44,487 bases of DNA from NCBI GenBank assembly GCA_043718985.1, contig JAYSUQ010000103.1:1-44487 (forward strand), written 5' to 3'. Shown in pieces: positions 1 to 9,000 of the stretch. The notes under the pieces are model-generated. The model was not told the origin of the DNA and did not search any database. It saw nothing but the letters and a program-made list of their open reading frames with translations. The position numbers and the translations under genes were made by a program. This DNA is from Bacteroidota bacterium. Lineage in GTDB: Bacteria > Bacteroidota > Bacteroidia > B-17B0 > Aurantibacillaceae. Numbering within the stretch: position 1 is the stretch's first letter; every line of letters starts with the position of its first letter.

Positions 1-652
1 TTGCGGTGGTACGTATTAGGTAATTTTGTTGTGGTGTGTTAAGATGGTGAACCGCACCACCTATTTTAAATGTCATCACATCGTCTCTTATTAAACCAAG
101 TGCAACATTCGAAAACTCATAATTTAAGCCTGCACCCACATCTAAATAATTAAACGATGTGTTGTTTTGATTTTCGGTACTAGCAATTGATGCATCAATA
201 TCTTTTCCGTTATATTGATTGCCGTATGTTAACACACTTAAATTAGCTTTGTTTTGAGAAAAACCTGTGTATATACCACCCGCAATACGACTTTTGTTAC
301 TTGTTTTAACAATGGCATTTATATTTATTTGGGCTTGTGTTAATCCAATTTTGGCTGAACCTGCCTGATCATTAAATACAAATAAACCTAAACCAAGTTG
401 GGCTTTTTTGTTTGTTTTTTTACTTGCAATTCCATCTGCCGATAAGGCCATTGTTTTAAATGGCGAGCCTGATGATGCCCATTGGCTGCGGTAATTTACA
501 ATTGCTCGTGCATAACCATTAAATAAACCAGCATTAGCAGGATTTAACCACAATGGCGATTCTTGTATTTGAGAAAAATGTATATCCTGAGCTAGTAAAT
601 TATTTTTACAAAAAATAACCGAGCTTACTATTATTGCAAAAAGTAATTTCAT
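1..652 (-). CDS. PorP/SprF-family type IX secretion system membrane protein (N-terminal part; the gene runs off the window at position 1)
   Basis: Not in the supplied ORF track because it is open at the window edge. My minus-strand translation from ATG 652..650 reads MKLLFAIIVSSVIFCKNNLLAQDIHFSQIQESPLWLNPANAGLFNGYARAIVNYRSQWASSGSPFKTMALSADG... It has a signal peptide followed by the QDxHFSQ...NPA..G and YRxQW motifs typical of PorP/SprF. It starts 5 nt after the stop of a type-B-CTD cargo gene. Confidence 0.8.
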   Translation of the reverse strand, partial: MKLLFAIIVSSVIFCKNNLLAQDIHFSQIQESPLWLNPANAGLFNGYARAIVNYRSQWASSGSPFKTMALSADGIASKKTNKKAQLGLGLFVFNDQAGSAKIGLTQAQININAIVKTSNKSRIAGGIYTGFSQNKANLSVLTYGNQYNGKDIDASIASTENQNNTSFNYLDVGAGLNYEFSNVALGLIRDDVMTFKIGGAVHHLNTPQQNYLIRTTA

Positions 653-657
653 TTTAT

Positions 658-3501
658 TTATCTTATTAATGTAAAGCTACCTTTAACTGTTTTATCATCG
701 CCTTCAAAATTCACATATTTTATGTAGTACGAATAAACGCCAATTTGCGCCGCAGTTCCTTTGTAAGTGCCGTCCCATCCATCATCCACATCGTGCGATA
801 CGAATACACGTTCGCCCCAACGGTTCCAAATTTCAACACTTAGGTTAGTTGCATTTGTACCTCCTAAGGTAAATAATACATCATTTTTACCATCGCCATT
901 TGGCGTAAAGGCTGTTGGGTAAATTATTTCGCTACCAGTAAGTGCTATGGTATTAGTTGGTGTAATGGTTGGTGTAGGCACAATATTTTTTAATTTAAAA
1001 TGTGCTACAACAGTATCTTTAACCGTGTAATTAATAGTAACGGTGTTACTGTTAATGTTTGGTAACGGTGTGTGGTTATTAAATTCCCAATAATCAAAAT
1101 CATATAAACTTGCATTAAATGGTGTAGCAATAAACGTCATATTTGTATTTAAGGCATAGTTACCTGTATATATAAATGTGTTTAAGTTTAGATTATTTAA
1201 ATTAACATTACCTGCGCCTGCAGGCACAACATCAACTACCAATGGCAATAAATTTGTTTTTAATTTAAAGTGTGCTATAACACTATCTTGTGTAGCAAAA
1301 CTAATAGTGGCGGTGTCGCTATTTATGTTTGGTAATGGTGTATGATTATTAAATTCCCAATAATCAAACTCGTACAATGCACTATTGTAAGGTGTAGCAG
1401 CAAATGTCATATCTACTCCCGAAAAATAAGTTCCCGTCCATCCAAAATTATTTAACCAAATGGTGTTAAGCTTAACATTACCAGCACCTGTGGGTACCAC
1501 GTTTACATAAAGTGGCTTTGCAACTACATTGTAACAGCTTTCGATAGTTGATTCGATAAAGCCACAGCGTTGTTGAATTTTAGTTTGCAAGCGCGTCATG
1601 TTTGTATTCCAATCTGGTAACGTATTTCCATTTCCCCATTTAGCAATATGTCGGGGCATTTCGGGCGTTAGTATATTTTTAAAATAATTGTAATGATCCA
1701 TAATACTATCACAATTAAATGCAGAGTTTAATAAATCGGCATACCTATTAATGTACATCGATTTAAAAGCAGGATTGGTTAATAATTTATCTAATATATC
1801 TGGGTGTCCTTCTTGCGGGCCAGCATTTTGAAATACGTTTGTATAATCGCAAGGGCTAGCTGTCATATCTGTTGATGGAATACCCGAAAAATTTTCGCCT
1901 AAATCGTAAACATTATCCATATCCCACATCCAATATCGCCATTTGTGTTTATCCTTTGTCACATCGGTTCCTCTCCACCAAGCGGTATTCCAATTAATAA
2001 AATCGGTATTAACTACATACGAGTTATAAACCATATAATCTATTAAACTTTTAAAACTTAAGGCCGAATCTACGTGTGCGTAATTAGTGGCGTTTGTCAT
2101 AGGGTTACTCATAACATAGTTATACAAATTTGCCCAATCGTTTTGCCAAGCTGTGGGTGGGCTGTTTACATAACTACCCCAATATTGAAGATTCATTATA
2201 CTGGGTTGATTATAATAATAATCGGTATAGTCTTCTTCAAAGGCTTCTCTTAACTCATAAATGCCCCAATATTGGCCATTTAAAAAAACGATGCTGTGTT
2301 TGTTTCTGCGGCCATCTAATTCTAAATTTTTTCTAAATGCATAGGTTTGTACAAATGCATCGCGCATGTGGCACGATTTTGTTGGTTTATCTCCTGGAAA
2401 ATTATCAGATGCAGCCGCTTTTAAAATAACATGTTGAAACTTTTTTCGGCTACTATAACCTTGCTTAGCATCGGTAAAAAAAGTGTGTTTTAAAGCGTTG
2501 TTGTAACCATAATCATCTTCAGTTTCAAAATCTATTCCTCGCTGGTCGTAAGCCCACGAATCGTTACCGTGTTTGTTCGCAATACCGTATGTTTCGGTTT
2601 TAAATTGCCCAGCATCAAAATACTCGAAGTGCGTTTTAGGATTTGATTGGCTGCCATTTAATAAACTTAATAATGCTGTGCCACCACTAATAGAAACCAC
2701 GCCGTATTGCGAATTAATGTTTTCGTTAATAAAATACGTGTTGGTTTCCATAAAACTTTGCAACAAGGTTGTGTTTGACGATACTGCAAAAGCTCGTAAT
2801 ACAGTTGTTGTATTTATGGCTACTGCCGATGCGTATATTGTTGATGTAGTTAAAGGTTCGGCACCATTGGTGGTATAATAAACTGTTGCGCTCGGCGTGG
2901 CGCAATTTAAACTAACACTTTGTGCGCCCGAATAAAACCCTGCCGCTAAACTCAAAACTGGTGTTGCCACATAGCCATCAAAGGCTGTTGCACTATTATT
3001 AGTTGCATTTGGATTGGCAGTTGTAAAAACTTTCCAATTTGCGCTACCATCGGGTTTGCGACCGCGCGAGTGGTTTGATTTTGTTATACGAAGCTGCAAC
3101 GAATCCTCTATAACACCTGCGTTCGATAAAATAATCCAATCGCCTTCGCATTGTGTTAATTTAAAATTAGTGTGATAATGATTGCCCGCGTTGGCCGCCG
3201 AACCTTTACCGCTGCACCAAACACGAATAAACCCATTAGCAGGTATACTAACCGATGGAAAAGCATATTTAGTTAAGTTTGTTGGGTTATCTGTTAAATT
3301 CCAACCACTAATATTAATTGCTGTAGTTGTTGGGTTAAAAAATTCTACCCAATCAGATCGACTACCAGTGTTATCAGGAAAACTAACTCCTGCAAAATTA
3401 TTGGTATTAGATACTGAATATTCGTTTATTTTTATTTGTGAAAATGTTATTTGAGTTAAACCCAAAAACAATAAAATGAAAAATGTTATGCTATACCTCA
3501 A
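658..3501 (-). CDS. Secreted multidomain CotH-family (atypical kinase fold) protein: signal peptide, lamin-tail domain (LTD), chitobiase/FN3-associated-like domain, CotH core, two 90-aa tandem repeats, T9SS type-B C-terminal sorting domain
   Basis: TTG start. LTD-like INEYSVSN...SDWVEFFNPTTTAINISGWNLTD. CotH-like MRDAFVQTYAFRKNLELDGRRNKHSIVFLNGQYWGIYELREAFEEDY and KWRYWMWDMDNVYDLG. C-terminus IYPTAFTPNGDGKNDVLF...IWNRWGERVF...WDGTYKG...GVYSYYI matches the gliding-motility-associated (CHU_C / type B) CTD. Confidence 0.85.
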   Translation of the reverse strand: MRYSITFFILLFLGLTQITFSQIKINEYSVSNTNNFAGVSFPDNTGSRSDWVEFFNPTTTAINISGWNLTDNPTNLTKYAFPSVSIPANGFIRVWCSGKGSAANAGNHYHTNFKLTQCEGDWIILSNAGVIEDSLQLRITKSNHSRGRKPDGSANWKVFTTANPNATNNSATAFDGYVATPVLSLAAGFYSGAQSVSLNCATPSATVYYTTNGAEPLTTSTIYASAVAINTTTVLRAFAVSSNTTLLQSFMETNTYFINENINSQYGVVSISGGTALLSLLNGSQSNPKTHFEYFDAGQFKTETYGIANKHGNDSWAYDQRGIDFETEDDYGYNNALKHTFFTDAKQGYSSRKKFQHVILKAAASDNFPGDKPTKSCHMRDAFVQTYAFRKNLELDGRRNKHSIVFLNGQYWGIYELREAFEEDYTDYYYNQPSIMNLQYWGSYVNSPPTAWQNDWANLYNYVMSNPMTNATNYAHVDSALSFKSLIDYMVYNSYVVNTDFINWNTAWWRGTDVTKDKHKWRYWMWDMDNVYDLGENFSGIPSTDMTASPCDYTNVFQNAGPQEGHPDILDKLLTNPAFKSMYINRYADLLNSAFNCDSIMDHYNYFKNILTPEMPRHIAKWGNGNTLPDWNTNMTRLQTKIQQRCGFIESTIESCYNVVAKPLYVNVVPTGAGNVKLNTIWLNNFGWTGTYFSGVDMTFAATPYNSALYEFDYWEFNNHTPLPNINSDTATISFATQDSVIAHFKLKTNLLPLVVDVVPAGAGNVNLNNLNLNTFIYTGNYALNTNMTFIATPFNASLYDFDYWEFNNHTPLPNINSNTVTINYTVKDTVVAHFKLKNIVPTPTITPTNTIALTGSEIIYPTAFTPNGDGKNDVLFTLGGTNATNLSVEIWNRWGERVFVSHDVDDGWDGTYKGTAAQIGVYSYYIKYVNFEGDDKTVKGSFTLIR
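661..924 (-). other. T9SS type-B C-terminal sorting domain (coding segment of the CotH protein)
   Basis: Motif string PTAFTPNGDGKNDVLF ... NRWGERVF ... GWDGTYKG ... VYSYYIKY at the extreme C-terminus. Confidence 0.8.
988..1527 (-). repeat. Two in-frame tandem copies of a 270-bp (90-aa) unit inside the CotH gene
   Basis: Copy 1: VNVVPTGAGNVKLN...YEFDYWEFNNHTPLPNINSDTATISF...VIAHFKLK. Copy 2: VDVVPAGAGNVNLN...YDFDYWEFNNHTPLPNINSNTVTINY...VVAHFKLK. The HFKLK ends lie at about 988 and about 1258, and the VVP(T/A)GAGNV starts at about 1236 and about 1506, giving a 270-nt period. Confidence 0.85.
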
Positions 3502-3614
3502 AGCGTTAAGTTTTAATACACTAATATACGATTTTTTATCCCTAGTAATAAATTACCAATTTTTTTCAAAATTGAAAGGATGAATTATTTTGGGTATAAT
3601 AAGATTTTATAATG

Positions 3615-4412
3615 CTAATACGGATTTTGTTTTCTAATTAAAAAGCTAAATAGTTTAGGCATAAATCGTTTTATTTTAACAATCAATAATTCTTTACCAC
3701 CAATAAAAACCTCTTCTTTATTTTTTAAAATAGCCTTAACAATTTTTTCAGCACAAGTTTGTGCACTCATTGAGTTAATGTGACTGGCATCCATCACATT
3801 ATGCGAACCACCATTTTGTGTAATTGCATTTAACGATACGTTTGTTTTTATTTTACCTGGGCAAACCATTAATACACTCACACCCTGCTGTTCATTTTCT
3901 AACCTAAAGCTTTCAAAATAGCCGTGTAATGCGTGTTTAGCAGCCGAGTAAGTTGATCGTAAATAAAACCCAAACTTACCTGCAATACTACTTACTACAA
4001 CAATTTTACCGCACTTTTGTTTTATCATAATAGGTAAAACAGCTTTACTTAAATTAACGGCGCTAAAATAATTTATATCAAATAATTTTTTTTCAATTTC
4101 TTGAGATGTATCTAAAACAGATGATCGTTGGCTTAAACCACCATTGTTTATTAAAATATCAATACTGCCAAATTTTTCAACTATTTCATCAACATAACGG
4201 TTTGTAGATAAAGTGTTTTGTAAATCAAACGCAAGTATTAACGAATTTTCATTAGTAAGCTTTGCCTGTTGTTGTACTTTTTTTAATTCATCTTCTCTTC
4301 GAGATGATAAAACAACACGCGCTCCATTTTTCGCACATTCATAAACAAGCGCCTCGCCAATGCCTGATGAGGCGCCTGATATCCAAATTACTTTATTAGT
4401 TAATGCGTTCAA
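3615..4412 (-). CDS. Short-chain dehydrogenase/reductase (SDR) family oxidoreductase
   Basis: N-terminal ISGASSGIGEAL (TGxxxGxG-type NAD(P) motif), NNGG, and the catalytic YSAAKHAL (YxxxK) motif. 265 aa. Confidence 0.85.
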   Translation of the reverse strand: MNALTNKVIWISGASSGIGEALVYECAKNGARVVLSSRREDELKKVQQQAKLTNENSLILAFDLQNTLSTNRYVDEIVEKFGSIDILINNGGLSQRSSVLDTSQEIEKKLFDINYFSAVNLSKAVLPIMIKQKCGKIVVVSSIAGKFGFYLRSTYSAAKHALHGYFESFRLENEQQGVSVLMVCPGKIKTNVSLNAITQNGGSHNVMDASHINSMSAQTCAEKIVKAILKNKEEVFIGGKELLIVKIKRFMPKLFSFLIRKQNPY

Positions 4413-4415
4413 AAT

Positions 4416-5972
4416 TTAAAACCAGCCACCTTTTTTCTTTCCACCAAAACCAAGTACACCTAATAAACCACGTGCTACTTCTTTAAAAACAGTACGCCCA
4501 ACTTGTCGCACCATTGTGTTTTCTGATATTTTTGCAATCACCGATTTCTCTTCCTTTTTAGGTTTCGATTCTTTTTTTTCTTCGCGTTCCTCCTCCTCTT
4601 CTTCAGCTTCTTCAGTTGCTTTTTCTATTTTTTTATTTAAAATTTCAAAAGCACTTTCTCTGTCAATTTCTTCGTTATATTTTGGAGCAATACTACTGGC
4701 GTTAACAATTTGCTGTATTTCATCGGAGTTTAAAATGCCTATACGGCTCATTGGTGCGCGCAAATGGGTTGCTGCTAATGGTGTTGGTATGCCTTTTTCG
4801 CTTAATGCCGATATTAATGATTGACCAATACCTAAACTCGTAAGCAACTCGTCGGTTTTATAAAACTCTGAAATTGGATAATTTTCGGCAGTTTTTTTAA
4901 TAGCTTTTCTATCTTTTTCGGTAAAGGCTCGCAAGGCATGCTGTACCTTTAATCCTAATTGCGATAGCACAGCATCGGGCACATCGTAAGGGTTTTGAGT
5001 ACAAAAATAAATGCCTACACCTTTACTTCTTATTAATTTTATAATCGATTCTATTTGATCTAATAATGCTTTTGATGCTTCTTTAAAAATTAAATGTGCT
5101 TCGTCAATAAAAATACACAACTTAGGTTTATCAATATCGCCAGCCTCTGGAAAAGTTTGATAAATTTCGGCTAACAAGCACAACATAAATGTTGAAAATA
5201 ATTTTGGCTTATCTTGTATATCTACTAAACGTATAATTGAGCAAATACCTTTTCCGCTTGCATCGTGGCGCACTAAATCTTGTACTTCAAACGAGCGTTC
5301 TCCAAAAAAAACCTCAGCACCTTGGCTTTCTAACTCAATAACCGAACGTAAAATGGTACTAACCGATGTGGGCGATACGTTACCATAATTTTTTTGTATC
5401 TCTTCTTTTCCTTCGCTTGTACTAAAATTTAATAAGGCTTTAAAATCTTTTAAATCCAACAGGGGTAATTTTTTATCGTCGGCGTATTTAAATATTATTG
5501 CAACAATACCGCTTTGCGTATCATTTAAATCTAATACTTTACTAAATAAAACAGGGCCAAACTCACTAACTGTAGCGCGTAACTTTGCGCCATTTTCTTT
5601 TGATAGGGTTAAAAACTCTACTGGTGTAGCGCTTGGTTCAAAAGGCATACCTATAGAAGTATGTCTTTCTTCAATTTTAGTATTTGTTGTACCAGGCTTT
5701 GCAATACCACTTAAATCGCCTTTTAAATCCATCATTAAAACGGGTATGCCTTTAAGGCACATTTGCTCGGCAATAATTTGTAAGGTTACAGTTTTACCTG
5801 TGCCCGTAGCACCTGCAATTAAACCGTGGCGGTTTAATGTTTTTAATGGTAGTTTAACTTGCGCCTCTTTTTGCGGCACACCATCTAGCATTGCTGCACC
5901 AAGCGTTATAAAATCGCCTTTAGTGGTGTAGCCATCAATTATTGTTTGTGTAAATTTTGCTATATCTGGCAT
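4416..5972 (-). CDS. HerA-like / DUF853 (YjgR-type) P-loop NTPase
   Basis: NRHGLIAGATGTGKTVTLQIIAEQM (Walker A), IPVLMMDLKGDLSG and LCIFIDEAHLIF (Walker B) closely resemble what I remember of E. coli YjgR. The C-terminus has an acidic/lysine low-complexity tail (EEAEEEEEEREEKKESKPKKEEK) and ends in GLLGVLGFGGKKKGGWF. Confidence 0.8.
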   Translation of the reverse strand: MPDIAKFTQTIIDGYTTKGDFITLGAAMLDGVPQKEAQVKLPLKTLNRHGLIAGATGTGKTVTLQIIAEQMCLKGIPVLMMDLKGDLSGIAKPGTTNTKIEERHTSIGMPFEPSATPVEFLTLSKENGAKLRATVSEFGPVLFSKVLDLNDTQSGIVAIIFKYADDKKLPLLDLKDFKALLNFSTSEGKEEIQKNYGNVSPTSVSTILRSVIELESQGAEVFFGERSFEVQDLVRHDASGKGICSIIRLVDIQDKPKLFSTFMLCLLAEIYQTFPEAGDIDKPKLCIFIDEAHLIFKEASKALLDQIESIIKLIRSKGVGIYFCTQNPYDVPDAVLSQLGLKVQHALRAFTEKDRKAIKKTAENYPISEFYKTDELLTSLGIGQSLISALSEKGIPTPLAATHLRAPMSRIGILNSDEIQQIVNASSIAPKYNEEIDRESAFEILNKKIEKATEEAEEEEEEREEKKESKPKKEEKSVIAKISENTMVRQVGRTVFKEVARGLLGVLGFGGKKKGGWF

Positions 5973-5989
5973 ATTGTATTTTTTTTACT

Positions 5990-6026
5990 AAAATAAAAAA
6001 AGCCTTGCAATAAACACTGCAAGGCT
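5990..6026 (-). terminator. Rho-independent terminator downstream of the 1584-aa adhesin gene
   Basis: Perfect 9-bp stem agccttgca (6001-6009) / tgcaaggct (6018-6026) with an 8-nt loop. On the minus strand it is followed by a T-rich run (plus-strand aaaataaaaaa, 5990-6000). Confidence 0.65.
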
Positions 6027-6045
6027 TTAATTAATTATAAACTTT

Positions 6046-9000
6046 TTATTTACCTAACATGGTAACATGTCCTAATTTTTCGTATTCATTTTTGCGTTTA
6101 TCTAAAAAGCGTAATTTCCAAACAAACACACTTGTTGGTAATATATCGCCCGAGTTGTTTTTAGCGCCATTCCAAGCCGTAAAAATATCGTTTGTTTTAA
6201 ATACAACAACGCCCCATCTATCATAAACAGTTAGTTGTACCGATGTGTAATCAACCTCATAAGGTGGTAACACAATTAAAAAGGCATCGTTTAATCCATC
6301 TTTATTACCTGGTGTAAACGCATTTGGGGCATAAATGGCTACATCTGGGGTAACTAAAATTTTACGAATAAGAGTATCTGTACAACCTTTATCGCTTGTA
6401 GCAACTAATTTCGTTTGGCGTTCGCCCGATAAAGTAAACGTATAGTTTGGCTCAAAATTAATTGATGAGTCTTGCATATCAAAATACCATTGGTAAGTAT
6501 AAGCGTTGGCGTTAGGTAAAGTTTGATTATAATACTGAACCTGCGCATCTATTACAGTTGTTTCGCTTGGGCTAAAATTAAAATTAGCAACAGGTCGCTC
6601 GTGCACGGTTACCGTTTGATTGCCAACGGCATAAGTTGTATCGGTGCAATTAGTTTGCAAATCTACGTAAGTAATAACAGGTGTGTAGGTACCCGTATTA
6701 ACATAAGTGTGAGTTGGGTTAAACACAAAAGCCGAATCAGTACCATCGCCAAAACTCCATTTAATACTATAGGAGTTTGTACCAGTTTGTTGCGCTAATA
6801 AGTTTAACACTAATGGCTGACAACCAATATTGTTAGTACTCGATATTATTACTGCAACTGGCTTTGCATTTACTAATACAGATAATGTTTGAGTACTTGG
6901 GCACAACGTTGTTGCTGGTACCGAGTTTGTAACATACGTTAATGTATTAACACCAATTACACTGTTACTAGGTACAAAATTATTACCAATAATGCCATTA
7001 CCACTCCACATACCACCAGTGTTTAAAACAATTGGTGCTAATGGTAAAGGTGAGTTATATTCGCATTGTTGTGTAATTACACCTGTAAGAGTTGCTGCAA
7101 CAAATTTTACTACATTAACATTGGCCGATGTAGTAGCTGTACAAGGCCCGTTAGATATAGTATAAACAATTGTATTAATACCAATGTTGCTAGAGCCTGG
7201 ATTAAATAACCCCGCAGCCGAAATGTTAAACAAATTATTATTAGCAGTCCAAATACCACCAGTTGGTGTGGCACTCATTGTAATTGGCGCAAAACTATTG
7301 CAGTAAGGCCCAACTGCTGTAATAGAGGGTGTTGGTATTGGTTTTACCTCAACCACCAAACTACTAGTGCGTGGGCACAAACTTGTTGTTGGTACTGAGT
7401 TTGTTGAATATAATAATGTGTATGTATTTGCGCCTGCTAATGCTGGGTTAAAAGTAGTACCAACAATACCACTACTACCACTCCACACACCAAGGGTTGA
7501 TACCGTAAGCGGTATTAAATTTACAGGTGCGCTACTTGTACATAATGGATTTATGGTACCAGTAATAGTAGATGGTACAAACTGCTCAACCACAATGACA
7601 ATACTACTTGTTTGCGCACACAATACATTACCATAAGAATAAGTAACCGTGTTATTGCCAATAGTAGCAAGCGATGGCGTAAATATCCCTAATGTGTTTG
7701 TTGCAGCAGTTGCAACAAATGTACCACCAACTGGGTTAACCAATAAATTTAATGCAAGTGCATTACTACATTTGTTAGTAACAGGTGTAATGGTAGGTAC
7801 AGTTACGGCTCCAACATTAATTAATAAGGTGCTAGTGCTGCCACACAAACCTAATGGTGTTGATGAGGTACTGTATGTTAAAATATGGTTGTTGGCGCCC
7901 GCCAAGGTGGGATTAAAATTTGTGCCAGTAACACCATTACCACTCCAAACACCTAAAGGCGAAACCGTTAGTGGCGCTAAATTTATAATTGGGCTATTTA
8001 CACATTGGCTTGCAACGGTACCCGTAATGGTTGATGGGATAAACAAATCGACACTAATACTACCCGTAGTTGTATTTGCACAACCTGGCCCGCCATAAGT
8101 ATAGGCTAATGTGTTTGTGCCTGTTGTAGCTAACGATGGAGTAAATACACCGCTTGCGGTTAAATAAGGAGTTACGCTCCAAGTACCTAATACTGGTATG
8201 GCAGTTAACTGAATGGTGGCACCGTTAGAACAAACAGGCGCATTAACAGCCAAGGTTGGTATGGCAGGTGGTGCAATGGTAATGGTTGATGTTCCGCTTG
8301 TTGAACAAGTAACTGCTGCTGTTGGTGTAACAACTACCGTATAAACCGTATTGGCAGTTACATTTGCTAAAGGATTTTTAATAGCTGGGTTACTTAACCC
8401 TGTTGCTGGGCTCCATAAATAAGAAAACGTATTAGCTGGGGGAATTGATGAGCAGTTACCGAAACGAAAATTTGGGCGCTCAAATGAATTACCGTCAACA
8501 CCTGATAAAGGGCATTGATCGAAATTATCGGCATCAATATAGGTTGATGAAGTAAATCCAGTATTACTGAATTGAACAGATAAATTTCCATCCCAGTTTG
8601 GATTAAAAAAACAAATATCTATTAATAAATTACTTGTACCATTCCACTCATAGGCCTGAGAAAAATTATAAGTATTCCAACCTAAGGCAGCATTAATGTT
8701 TGTAGGTCCAAAAACTTGTACTAGTCCTGTATTATCCATTGTAGACGTAGATAAAGCATTTGATGAAACACATTTTAATTTTATAGAAAAATTATCAAAT
8801 GCAGTTGCGTTTGAATTAAAATTTGTAACATTAAATGCAAGCCTACTTAACTTACCTGGAATAATTCCCGCACCTAATAATTCACTTGCTCTAATTAAAT
8901 ATTGATGCTTTGCACTTTCCCAAGTTCCATCAAAAGGGGTTGTAACACCAGCTGATGTTTCTGTTGTTGCCAGTCCAACTTGAAAAGTATTAGTAACAGC

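Noticed and set aside
4416-5972. The HerA-like NTPase as the core of an anti-phage defence system.
   Set aside because: It matches the housekeeping-like YjgR/DUF853 type. Its neighbours are an SDR and an adhesin gene, not SIR2, DUF4297, nuclease or other effector genes. No mobile-element context is present.
7649-8098. Long plus-strand ORFs (for example 7367-7636, 7649-8098, 8696-8905, 9995-10189) lying inside the 1584-aa adhesin gene.
   Set aside because: They are antisense shadows of a repeat-rich, Thr/Gly/Val-biased gene. Their products are low-complexity with no motifs, and the minus-strand frame is continuous with clear domain signatures.
6862-8265. Periodic repeats that could be mistaken for a CRISPR or other non-coding array.
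   Set aside because: The periods are 465 bp here and 270 bp at 988-1527. The repeats are in-frame and diverged like protein domains, with no short direct repeats or unique spacers. No cas genes are present.
8394-8591. A 65-aa minus-strand ORF in a different frame within the adhesin gene.
   Set aside because: It is an out-of-frame overlap with the long supported frame on the same strand. It has no start context or motifs and looks like a statistical ORF.
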